A stretch of 63,896 nucleotides of DNA, counting the filler, from Aduncisulcus paluster (taxonomy: Eukaryota): assembly GCA_024181965.1 (NCBI GenBank). It is 9 parts of 9 records of this genome, joined end to end, with 100 filler letters (N's around TTAATTAATTAA, not from the genome) between each part and the next. Parts side by side here need not be neighbours in the genome. Positions count along the whole stretch, not along the records: positions 1 to 12,376 come from BQXS01000163.1; positions 12,477 to 31,356 come from BQXS01000164.1; 7 more parts are not named here. One strand, written 5' to 3'. A program made the translations under genes and the position numbers. This document shows positions 11,872 to 20,137 of this stretch, in pieces. The stretch's first letter is position 1, and each line of letters opens with the position of its first letter. Below the pieces are notes generated by a model that was given only the letters and a program-made list of their open reading frames with translations, made no database searches and was not told the DNA's origin.

Positions 11872-12376
11872 TTACCACCCCTGTCTCCCTCTTCCTCTTC
11901 CTCTTCCTCTTCCTCTTCCTCTGTACACACTTCTTCTCTTCAATCTACGAACATCCCTTCCCTCTCCTCTATTACTATAAGAAGAGTATTCCCTGCGTTC
12001 AGTTTCATCGCTGTGGAATCTCCTCTTCCTCCTTTCCGTAGTTCTCTGTCTATCACGTTGGAAATACTCCTCAAAGCTCAACACATGGTGAACACCCTCA
12101 TAGACAATGAGATACCATCCTCTCTCATTCTGTCTATGAATAGTGCGCCATATCTCATTGATCCGAGCAGTTGGACTGTCTCGATGGAAGGTGGACAAGA
12201 TGATAGAAGGAAGGAGACATGGGGTAGAAGAATCACCATTCGTGGAATGAGTTTTCCGTGAAGAATCACGGGCCTCTCCTTCTTCTTCTTCCTCCTCTTT
12301 CTCCACAAAATGGGCTTGTCCAAATACCTTCTTTATCCCGGCAAGAGGAGAGACGAGACGGGTGATGTCAGTCAAT
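11872..12376 (-). CDS. 3' fragment of a hypothetical protein with RG-repeat tail
   Basis: Open frame emerging from the linker gap; ends YRGRGRGRGRGRGRQGW*. Confidence 0.6.
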
Positions 12377-12476
12377 NNNNNNNNNNNNNNNNNNNNNNNN
12401 NNNNNNNNNNNNNNNNNNNNTTAATTAATTAANNNNNNNNNNNNNNNNNNNNNNNNNNNNNNNNNNNNNNNNNNNN
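12377..12476. other. Artificial scaffold/contig linker N44-TTAATTAATTAA-N44 (also at 31357-31456, 33041-33140, 48367-48466, 50343-50442, 51967-52066, 53811-53910, 62335-62434)
   Basis: Identical 100-nt spacer carrying stops in all six frames, occurring eight times. Confidence 0.98.
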
Positions 12477-12817
12477 GTAATGGCCTGGCCGAACCGAACA
12501 TCGCAGAATAAGAAATACATTGTCAATCCGGGCCATTTGTGGAATTCACACATCAGGATGACGAAAGCAAGGAACAGAGATACAGCAATACAGAATCCGA
12601 TTGCCATGTTCACTACACCGAAAATAGTGAAGACATTCTGGGCAACAAGAAGGATTAAGCTGATAATAACAAGAATACGTGTAATATTACCACGATGATG
12701 GTTCATCTGAATGACTTTTTTCTTGTCTTCGGCTTTCTTGGCCTTTTTCACACTCTTTTGAGCATTCTTGAGTTCTTTTCTGCTCATAGAATTTTCAGTG
12801 TATGGTGTGTCGGCCAT
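12477..12817 (-). CDS. Membrane protein, possibly COPI-associated/Tvp15-like (3' partial)
   Basis: Basic N-terminus, two hydrophobic segments, then 'MCEF..PGLTMYFLFCDVRFGQAI', similar to the Tvp15 'E......YF.FL....GRG' pattern. Confidence 0.45.
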
Positions 12818-12895
12818 GATTGTGATAGATTCCGTCAAAAAACAAACATGGTCAATTCGGAAACAAAAAGCAGACTTCGGCCAATGAGAAAGGTG

Positions 12896-13300
12896 CTAAA
12901 AACGCACAAACAGCACGGATATCATTTGTAAATCGGTGGAAGTTGCATAATTTATTTTTAAAAATAAAAGATTAGCACCCAGGATGAACACAGAAAGACT
13001 GTATACAGCATCACTTGGGTTGTCTCCATTTCGGCCAAACTCGGGCACTCTCAGCAGCGGCAATGATGATTTTGCCATTCCCAATACGTCCCCCATGCCG
13101 AGAAGAAGAAGTGGACTGACGACAATGCCATTCATGAAGACTTCCATGAAGCATCCAATGTACTGTGTGGACCGAGTGATAGTAGTCTCTGGTGGACAGG
13201 TATAGATGGCAGCACACATCGAATGGATCATGCCGAACATCGAGGGTTGGTTGAGCATGTAAAGGAGCGAGGAGAAGGAGACCATCTTGAACAATTTCAT
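12896..13300 (-). CDS. Small hydrophobic hypothetical membrane protein
   Basis: 134-aa ORF with coding-like GC content and 2-3 hydrophobic stretches. Confidence 0.45.
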   Translation of the reverse strand: MKLFKMVSFSSLLYMLNQPSMFGMIHSMCAAIYTCPPETTITRSTQYIGCFMEVFMNGIVVSPLLLLGMGDVLGMAKSSLPLLRVPEFGRNGDNPSDAVYSLSVFILGANLLFLKINYATSTDLQMISVLFVRF

Positions 13301-13395
13301 TATTCCAAAGTGATAGAACAGTATATTTCTTCATCAGCCTTGTTGTTTTTCTTTAAAAAAAAAAAAAAAAGGATTGAGAAAGAACGAATCTTCAT

Positions 13396-13986
13396 CTACT
13401 TGAGACCTAACCTTGCAGCTTTGAATCTGGACATTCTTTTTGGAGGTTTTTCAGGTCCTATATCTTCCTTCTTCCCCTCTTTTTCTCCTTCTAATTTCTG
13501 TTTTCTCGTCACAATTGACCCAATTTGGATAGCTTCTTTTTTAGGTTTTTGCAACACCTTAGCTTCATCTGTTTTTGATTTAAGTTCTTCCTCTTTCTCC
13601 CGTTTTGATGCCATTTCTTTTTCATGGTGCTGAAGTTTAAGCATATATGATAACTCTTGCTGAAGTTCAATCTCTTGAAGTTTTAATTGATCGATACAGG
13701 TCTCTGGATCTCTATCTACAAACGAATTATCTCCAATATGACATTTAATTGGTTGTTTTTTCCTTATTACAGCTGGAATATATCCTACTGTGCCAATTTT
13801 GGCGTGAATGAAAGAGACTTGATCCTTCTTCTCAATAAAATGTTCATTGATAAAATCTTTTGATGCCTTTGTATCTTTAATAGTGTCTACTAGTTGTTCT
13901 ATCGCTGATACTGTCTCCATAATATTCAAACGCAACACAATAAAGGGAATCTCTTCAAGTCGTGTGAGAGAAGTTTCCTTCTCCAT
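13396..13986 (-). CDS. URI1: Unconventional prefoldin RPB5 interactor URI/Bud27-like
   Basis: Alpha-prefoldin core ('AKIGTVGYIPAVI...IKCHIGDNSFVDRD...CIDQLK') and C-terminal URI box 'KRMSRFKAARL' (cf. human 'VSKFKAARL'). Confidence 0.75.
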   Translation of the reverse strand: MEKETSLTRLEEIPFIVLRLNIMETVSAIEQLVDTIKDTKASKDFINEHFIEKKDQVSFIHAKIGTVGYIPAVIRKKQPIKCHIGDNSFVDRDPETCIDQLKLQEIELQQELSYMLKLQHHEKEMASKREKEEELKSKTDEAKVLQKPKKEAIQIGSIVTRKQKLEGEKEGKKEDIGPEKPPKRMSRFKAARLGLK

Positions 13987-14108
13987 TAAATATTATAATT
14001 TTCATCTTCATAACCAAATAAAAAGAATAAAATCCTTCATTTCTCTTGGTATCATTCAATGGCATCAGAAACGATTTCATAATAATATCTCCTAGTTTGG
14101 GGAACAGT

Positions 14109-15152
14109 ATGGAAGATAAATTGGATGAACCTCTCTCATTAAGTTTACTTGATCAATATAAAGAGCGTCAATCTCGAATAGAAAAACTATTAATAGAGTA
14201 TCCCGATAATATGTGTTTTTTGGACTTAAAGAAAAAAGTGGATAATATTATATATGAAATTTCGTTATCTCTTGGCATTATAAAAAAAGATAAATTTGTT
14301 GAAGATATATTTTATAAAGGAGCTTTGTGTTTTTGTTTTATTCCAAGATATTCACGGTTTTGTCCTGCTACAGTGCAACGACTATGGTTTAAGAAGCGTT
14401 TACTCGAGGTAAAATTACTTGGTCTTCCAATTACAGCAACAGTTTCTCCTCAGTTTCTTCGCCCCTTTTCTTTCTCTCATGTAACAATTCCCTCTATTGG
14501 GCAAAAAGTATTTGTCCGCAGCGACAAATATCCAGATGCTCTTGTAGCTACAATTGATGAGGTTTCAGATGCATCTGTTGCCTCTCAAAAAACTCGGTTG
14601 TCTGTAACTCTGGAATCCGATGATCAACTAATCAACGGATCACATGAAGTCATTCCATGCACTAAACTCATTGGAACTGCGGATGAGGAGTATATCCTTG
14701 GATCTTTGATTGATCCTAGAGATTTCAAGTGTGAAAAAAGTCCTTTACTCTCACAAGCCGTTGATTCTTCTCGTAAAGTATGCTCAAAGGAAGAAGAAGA
14801 GCCCATAAAAGAAGGGACCATTAAGGAGGAGGAGGAGGAAGATATGACAAGACATAGTCCTGAAAAGTCACACGTGGATGATGATATTTTCTCATTCCCC
14901 CCTTCCCCCATTTTCCTCCAAACTAATATTACATGCAGTGAAGTCATTGATAAGTGGAGTGGCAAGAAGAGTGGCAGCAGGAAGAAGAGGAAAAGAGGAG
15001 GGGCCAGTGCGAAGGAAAAAGTCCCACAACAGAATCAAACTCCTGCTCAAGAACCTCCTCCTTCTTCAGGAAAAAGGAGGTACAGAGAAACATCTAAACC
15101 CGCAGAGACAGCGGGAACAACCAATTGGAAATCGTTTAGATTCGGAAAATAA
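14109..15152 (+). CDS. SPF30/SMNDC1-like tandem Tudor protein
   Basis: N-terminal 'LDQYKERQSRIEKLL..PDN..FLDLKKKVDNII' hairpin, two Tudor-like blocks ('YKGALCFC...FCPATV', 'SIGQKVFVR...VATIDEV') and C-terminal 'NWKSF'. ATG at 14109. Confidence 0.6.
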   Translation: MEDKLDEPLSLSLLDQYKERQSRIEKLLIEYPDNMCFLDLKKKVDNIIYEISLSLGIIKKDKFVEDIFYKGALCFCFIPRYSRFCPATVQRLWFKKRLLEVKLLGLPITATVSPQFLRPFSFSHVTIPSIGQKVFVRSDKYPDALVATIDEVSDASVASQKTRLSVTLESDDQLINGSHEVIPCTKLIGTADEEYILGSLIDPRDFKCEKSPLLSQAVDSSRKVCSKEEEEPIKEGTIKEEEEEDMTRHSPEKSHVDDDIFSFPPSPIFLQTNITCSEVIDKWSGKKSGSRKKRKRGGASAKEKVPQQNQTPAQEPPPSSGKRRYRETSKPAETAGTTNWKSFRFGK

Positions 15153-15187
15153 ACGTTTATTCTCAGAATATTCTGATTTAACATCAT

Positions 15188-16138
15188 CTATTTCCGCACC
15201 AAAACATGCATAAAAAGATCCCCAGAAGATAATATTCCACACAAATCAGCTGCGCATGTCGTTTTTTCGATTTTCATTCCCTGAATCCAGAATCCTTCAT
15301 ACTTGCTACCTCCAGGCCATAATCTGCACAAAACCATTGAGAGAGTGTCCTTTGAAAGCACAGGAACTCGAGCTACAACCGAGTAGTACTCCATATGAGC
15401 AGAATCATCGGAGAAAATGTGGAATTTGAGTGGATATGAAAACCCAATAGTAGGACTAAAGAACCCCTTCAGATTCAAGGAAGGTTTAGCCTCTACTTCT
15501 TCATCTGAGAGATCTTCAATGTCGTCCGCATCAATATCGGCAGAAAACATACCATCATAAGTTCCAACAAACAACTCTTCACTGAATGACACAATAGAAC
15601 GGATTCCTTTGTCGTATTCATCGTATGATCCATGACAAAGAGAGCGAAACAACGCATCGATGCAGGCAGGTGGTGCCGTATTAAACTCCTTGGATGATTT
15701 CTTAAAGATAAATAATGACTGTTTGAGAGAATGAAAGTAAATTTCTTTAAGCGAACTTCTAGAGCCACCAGGAAGAATATATGGGTGGGAAAAATCATTG
15801 TCAAGTTTCACTTCAATTTGAAACGGTATTGTAGGCTTTACGATTTCATCTTTTCCTTCAGAGAGTTTTGAAGTAATAATATCAAAAACAACTGAGAAAG
15901 GAATATCCCATTGAAGATACGATTTTGTTTCAGCATCGATCAAAATAATTTCAGCATCAGGTTTGGCAATAGGAAAATATTCTGAAAACTGAAGCCGTAA
16001 ATTGTCAAAATAATAGCCTAAATAAGAAACTCTTGGAACATTGATTAAATATGGCAATGAGTGTGGTTGATTAACATAAAATGCAACCGGAATTGTGGAT
16101 TGAAAGGCCCGTTCATGTAATTCTTTAGCAAGTGACAT
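15188..16138 (-). CDS. ATG5: Autophagy protein ATG5
   Basis: 'PYLINVPRVSYL', 'LQWDIPFSVVFD', 'PFQIEV', 'YFHSLKQS' (conjugation Lys), 'IQGMKI', 'SSGDLFMHVLV'. ATG at 16138. Confidence 0.9.
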   Translation of the reverse strand: MSLAKELHERAFQSTIPVAFYVNQPHSLPYLINVPRVSYLGYYFDNLRLQFSEYFPIAKPDAEIILIDAETKSYLQWDIPFSVVFDIITSKLSEGKDEIVKPTIPFQIEVKLDNDFSHPYILPGGSRSSLKEIYFHSLKQSLFIFKKSSKEFNTAPPACIDALFRSLCHGSYDEYDKGIRSIVSFSEELFVGTYDGMFSADIDADDIEDLSDEEVEAKPSLNLKGFFSPTIGFSYPLKFHIFSDDSAHMEYYSVVARVPVLSKDTLSMVLCRLWPGGSKYEGFWIQGMKIEKTTCAADLCGILSSGDLFMHVLVRK

Positions 16139-16489
16139 TGAAGAAAGAAATATTCTCAATATGAGTTATTAGCAAATTAAAATTATAAAATTAAATAGAA
16201 AATGTTTAGGTAACGGGACAAAGCAAGACACATTTAAATTTTGAGTCAACAGTCATAGGTTGGCGAAATAAAATATTATTGTTTCATTATTTATAAATAA
16301 TAAATATTTTTGTATACAATAAAATTTTATTGCGTTTAAGTTGTGCCATCAGTAACCACAATTTTAAAGCAGAAAATTTTCAAACTATTGTTTCACAACT
16401 ATTTTTATTTTCGCCAACCTATGCTTGGCAAGCAAGAAACCCCCATAAAAATTCGATTTATTTGCAATATACTTGAAATACAAACTTCA

Positions 16490-17547
16490 TTAGAGTTTTT
16501 GCTTCAAAAATTTCACAAACTCAGTCATATTAACATCATCTGAAGATTTTTCGGCGATGATAAAGTGAGGAAGTTCACAGGTGACAAATGAATCTTTCGC
16601 ATTAATTCCGTGACCCAACAAGAATCTTTCAATAACCTTATCCAATTTTTTTGTTCCATCTTCGATAGATTTCACATTGCTAAACACCAAAACAACATCA
16701 TATTTTGACTTGCTGTAATATGGACTACCAAGAACATCTTCAATAGTATTTGTGGCAACTGTAGAAGAATTTCCAAGTTCAAGATCAGAAAGCCCTCCAA
16801 ATACCCGACGAATAATTGATAGAAGAGCACGGTCATGAGAGACATCTTTCCCAAGACGCTTTCCATCGATACAAAGACATACGAGGGATGCTTCGGGCAA
16901 TTTATCTTCGCATTAATTCCGTGACCCAACAAGAATCTTTCAATAACCTTATCCAATTTTTTTGTTCCATCTTCGATAGATTTCACATTGCTAAACACCA
17001 AAACAACATCATATTTTGACTTGCTGTAATATGGACTACCAAGAACATCTTCAATAGTATTTGTGGCAACTGTAGAAGAATTTCCAAGTTCAAGATCAGA
17101 AAGCCCTCCAAATACCCGACGAATAATTGATAGAAGAGCACGGTCATGAGAGACATCTTTCCCAAGACGCTTTCCATCGATACAAAGACATACGAGGGAT
17201 GCTTCGGGCAATTTATCTTCCATTAATTCCTTAATCAATGAACTAGACCCGGGAATATCAGAAATTCGGCACTTTCTTTTTTCAGAGAAAGGAATCTTTC
17301 CTAAAGAGAATTCATTGAGTTGCTGAGAAGATACAGAGGGCAACCATTTTCCTCCAGAAACAAGGTAGTAAAATAGTTTAGTTTTGTTCGTTCCACTAGG
17401 TCCTGTAATGACAATATTACAGTCTTTCGGAGATATCAATTTTAAAAGGAGAAAGATAATTCCAATAACAATAATAACTCCACCAATAATAATGGAAACT
17501 AATATTGGAGAATCTAACTCGGTTATAAGCGCTTGGATATCGATCAT
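16490..17547 (-). CDS. SRPRB: Signal recognition particle receptor beta subunit (with 311-bp frameshifting duplication)
   Basis: N-terminal TM helix followed by an Arf-like G domain ('IVITGPSGTNKTKLFYYL', 'SVSSQQLNE', 'ISDIPG'). The C-terminus is in the 16490-16900 ORF after collapsing 16596-17220. Confidence 0.75.
16596..17220. repeat. Exact tandem duplication, period 311 bp, probable assembly artefact
   Basis: 16596-16909 is repeated at 16907-17220 and breaks the reading frame of SR-beta. Confidence 0.85.
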
Positions 17548-17674
17548 CGCTTCAAAATCAATGGAAAAATGATTTTTCTGTATGGCTAAGATACTGGCGA
17601 TCTATTGAGTTTATTCAGCAAACAAATAGAATTGAATATATTGAAAAATATTAAATTAGAAACGAAAATAATTA

Positions 17675-18631
17675 TTACAATGACCCACATATATGGCAGT
17701 GATCATTTTTCACCATTGACATTGGAGATGCTGATGGACCCTTGCCCATGCTGATCTGCCAATAATTAACTGGTTCTTTTCCAAGGGGAGATACAATTCC
17801 ACAGGAACAGAACAAAGCTTCAACCATCACAGCCGCAACAAGATTGTTAGTTTCTGGAATTGTGGGTGCAGATTTGTTCATAACATAACTCACATCGTCC
17901 ATTGTTGGCATAGGAACAATCTTATATTTTGCAGCTTGAATTCTTGATAGTTCCAACACATTTTTGGAGTCTTCAACGCTTATGGAAACAGGACTCCTCC
18001 CATCATGCTCCTCTTCGAATATCCCACCCATCACAACACTAACGACACAATCTGCAGGAGTTCTCGGTATCTCTCGAATGGAACACAATGCACGAATATG
18101 TGCACCGTGCGAATACGTCTCATAGCAGGATAAACAGGGAGTATAGCCAGGAACAATAATTCTAGCATGACCCAAAATCCCACTCGTCCCTCCTTCAATC
18201 AATAAGGGGAGGCCTAACTGTTTTCTAACAATGGAAACAACGATTTTGTTCACCTTTTCCCGAGTTTCCAGGTTATCAACGCAAAGAAACACACACAAAG
18301 AGGAAGAGAATAGATCAGTGGATAGTTCACAACAATCCCCAGTAAAAGTTGAAACAATGGCTTTCTTTTTGTCTTTATCATCAATTTTATCGAATTGATT
18401 GCTTGATACATATCCATCAATATACTTTTTAGCAGCATCAACTTTATATTCCCCTACATCTTCCATAGAAAATAATGACTGATGAGGAATATTAACGGCC
18501 TCGACTTTATCAATGTCACAGAGAATAAATTTAAAAAATCCACTTTCCAACAGAAGTTGAATGATCTCACAACCTAAAGCACCTACACCCAAAATCAGGA
18601 TCTTTTGATCAAGAATTGATTGTTTAATCAT
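17675..18631 (-). CDS. UBA3: NEDD8-activating enzyme E1 catalytic subunit UBA3-like
   Basis: 'ILILGVGALGCEI', 'PLLIEGGTSGILGHARIIVPGYTPCLSC', catalytic 'ALCSIREIPRTPADCV', terminal 'CHIC'. Confidence 0.85.
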   Translation of the reverse strand: MIKQSILDQKILILGVGALGCEIIQLLLESGFFKFILCDIDKVEAVNIPHQSLFSMEDVGEYKVDAAKKYIDGYVSSNQFDKIDDKDKKKAIVSTFTGDCCELSTDLFSSSLCVFLCVDNLETREKVNKIVVSIVRKQLGLPLLIEGGTSGILGHARIIVPGYTPCLSCYETYSHGAHIRALCSIREIPRTPADCVVSVVMGGIFEEEHDGRSPVSISVEDSKNVLELSRIQAAKYKIVPMPTMDDVSYVMNKSAPTIPETNNLVAAVMVEALFCSCGIVSPLGKEPVNYWQISMGKGPSASPMSMVKNDHCHICGSL

Positions 18632-18833
18632 TAAAATTGATCATATAGTAACTATAACTTTTTTCAATGATGAGCAAACGAAAAATCGACACTAGCACCA
18701 TATCAATGATATCACAGCGGTTTTCAAAAGGATTATTGATCATATAGACTATCATAAATATCATCTTATATATTTAATTTGGAATATATATCATTTTATC
18801 GGTTTTATATCTTATTTTGGATTCTTGGTGCCA

Positions 18834-19889
18834 ATGAAACCCGATGATGCGGAATCCACCCAAGATAATTATGCCCTTGCCATATGTGAACTGTTGGTAA
18901 AGGCTTTTATCAAAGACGGTTGCATGGGACGTCTCAAGGATCCCGAGTCCCCCTTCCCTATCAATTATGAAAATGTAAGAGAAATTAAAAAGATTTTTGA
19001 GAGACTTGCTGAAGATGACGATGATATGTACGTTGAAGAAGGAGCAGATGGAGATAAGGACGAGTATTCCAATGAAGAAGAAGAATCATCTCAGAAAGAG
19101 GAAAAGGGGGAAATAGAACCAAAAGAAGGGGAAGAACAGGAGAGTAATCCAGATATTGAAAAAGAAGAAGCTAAAGAAAAAGAAGAAGAAGCTCCTATTA
19201 GTGAATTAAAAGAGTCAGAAAAAGGAGAAGACGAAAAACTGGAAGAGGAAAACGAAGAAGAAGAAGAAAAGGTCACTGAAGAGAAAGAGAGCGAAGAATC
19301 GAAGAAACTCATTGACGATGAAGAAGTATTTGATGATGAATCCAAGTTTCTTCCTCATGAAGATGATGAGTCATTATTGAAGGAATATGGATTGGATACT
19401 ATCCTTGATAAGGCTCCAAAACAACTTGCCCGCATTCATGCCGTTCGTGAAGCATTCAAACTTCTTTCCGATGAGAAACGTATGAGTGAATTCATCGAGG
19501 TTGGTGGATTGTTCTGTTTACGTTTGATGCTCGAGCCTCAAAAACTTGGCCATCTTCCACCATTTTCCTTACGTAAGATGGTTCTTGACTTCATCCAGAC
19601 CAATTTGCGTTTTACTGAGGAGCAGCAAAGTAGTATTACTGATCTTCTCGGCAATGAGAGTGGACTCGGGCGTATGATGACATATCTCTGTGTTCACCCT
19701 GAGTGCGAACGCTCTGAGCAAATTAGAGCTCAGCGTGTGAGAGATACTCTCCGCGATATGATATCAGCGGCAAGAATGGGAGATATCGACCAATCCAAAA
19801 TGAGGAGAACTCGGACAACTGGGAAGAGAAGAGTTGCATCAGTCAATTTATTAGGAGGACAGAAAAAGAAGAGTTCAAGAAGATTTTAA
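18834..19889 (+). CDS. IWS1: Transcription elongation factor IWS1/Spn1
   Basis: Acidic N-terminal half, then TFIIS-N domain 'FIEVGGLFCLRLMLEP...LPPFSLRKMVLDFI...ESGLGRMMTYLCVHPEC'. Confidence 0.85.
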   Translation: MKPDDAESTQDNYALAICELLVKAFIKDGCMGRLKDPESPFPINYENVREIKKIFERLAEDDDDMYVEEGADGDKDEYSNEEEESSQKEEKGEIEPKEGEEQESNPDIEKEEAKEKEEEAPISELKESEKGEDEKLEEENEEEEEKVTEEKESEESKKLIDDEEVFDDESKFLPHEDDESLLKEYGLDTILDKAPKQLARIHAVREAFKLLSDEKRMSEFIEVGGLFCLRLMLEPQKLGHLPPFSLRKMVLDFIQTNLRFTEEQQSSITDLLGNESGLGRMMTYLCVHPECERSEQIRAQRVRDTLRDMISAARMGDIDQSKMRRTRTTGKRRVASVNLLGGQKKKSSRRF

Positions 19890-20137
19890 TCATATATACA
19901 AAGAAATAGAGCTGAGAGCTCCACATCCAATAAATTTTGTTAAATCATCTAATATTTATCGATTATAGCCCTATATTTTCTTTTTATTACATTTTGAAGA
20001 ATTTTTACTGAGCTATTAAAAAAAAGCAGGCAGATTCGGCTTGAGGTCCGTTTTGCCATCATTATTGAAATATTTCAAATTTACTATTAGAAAATCTCAA
20101 TTTTATATTGAATTTGATCCAATAATCTCATTAAAAT

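Noticed and set aside
12421..12432. Recurrent palindrome TTAATTAATTAA
   Set aside because: Synthetic six-frame-stop linker centred in N runs.
12817..12898. Single in-frame TAG between two minus-strand membrane ORFs suggesting TAR=Gln code or readthrough
   Set aside because: TAG ends ATG5 and URI, and TAA ends PNO1, at their expected C-termini, so TAR codons are stops. The downstream ORF has its own ATG.
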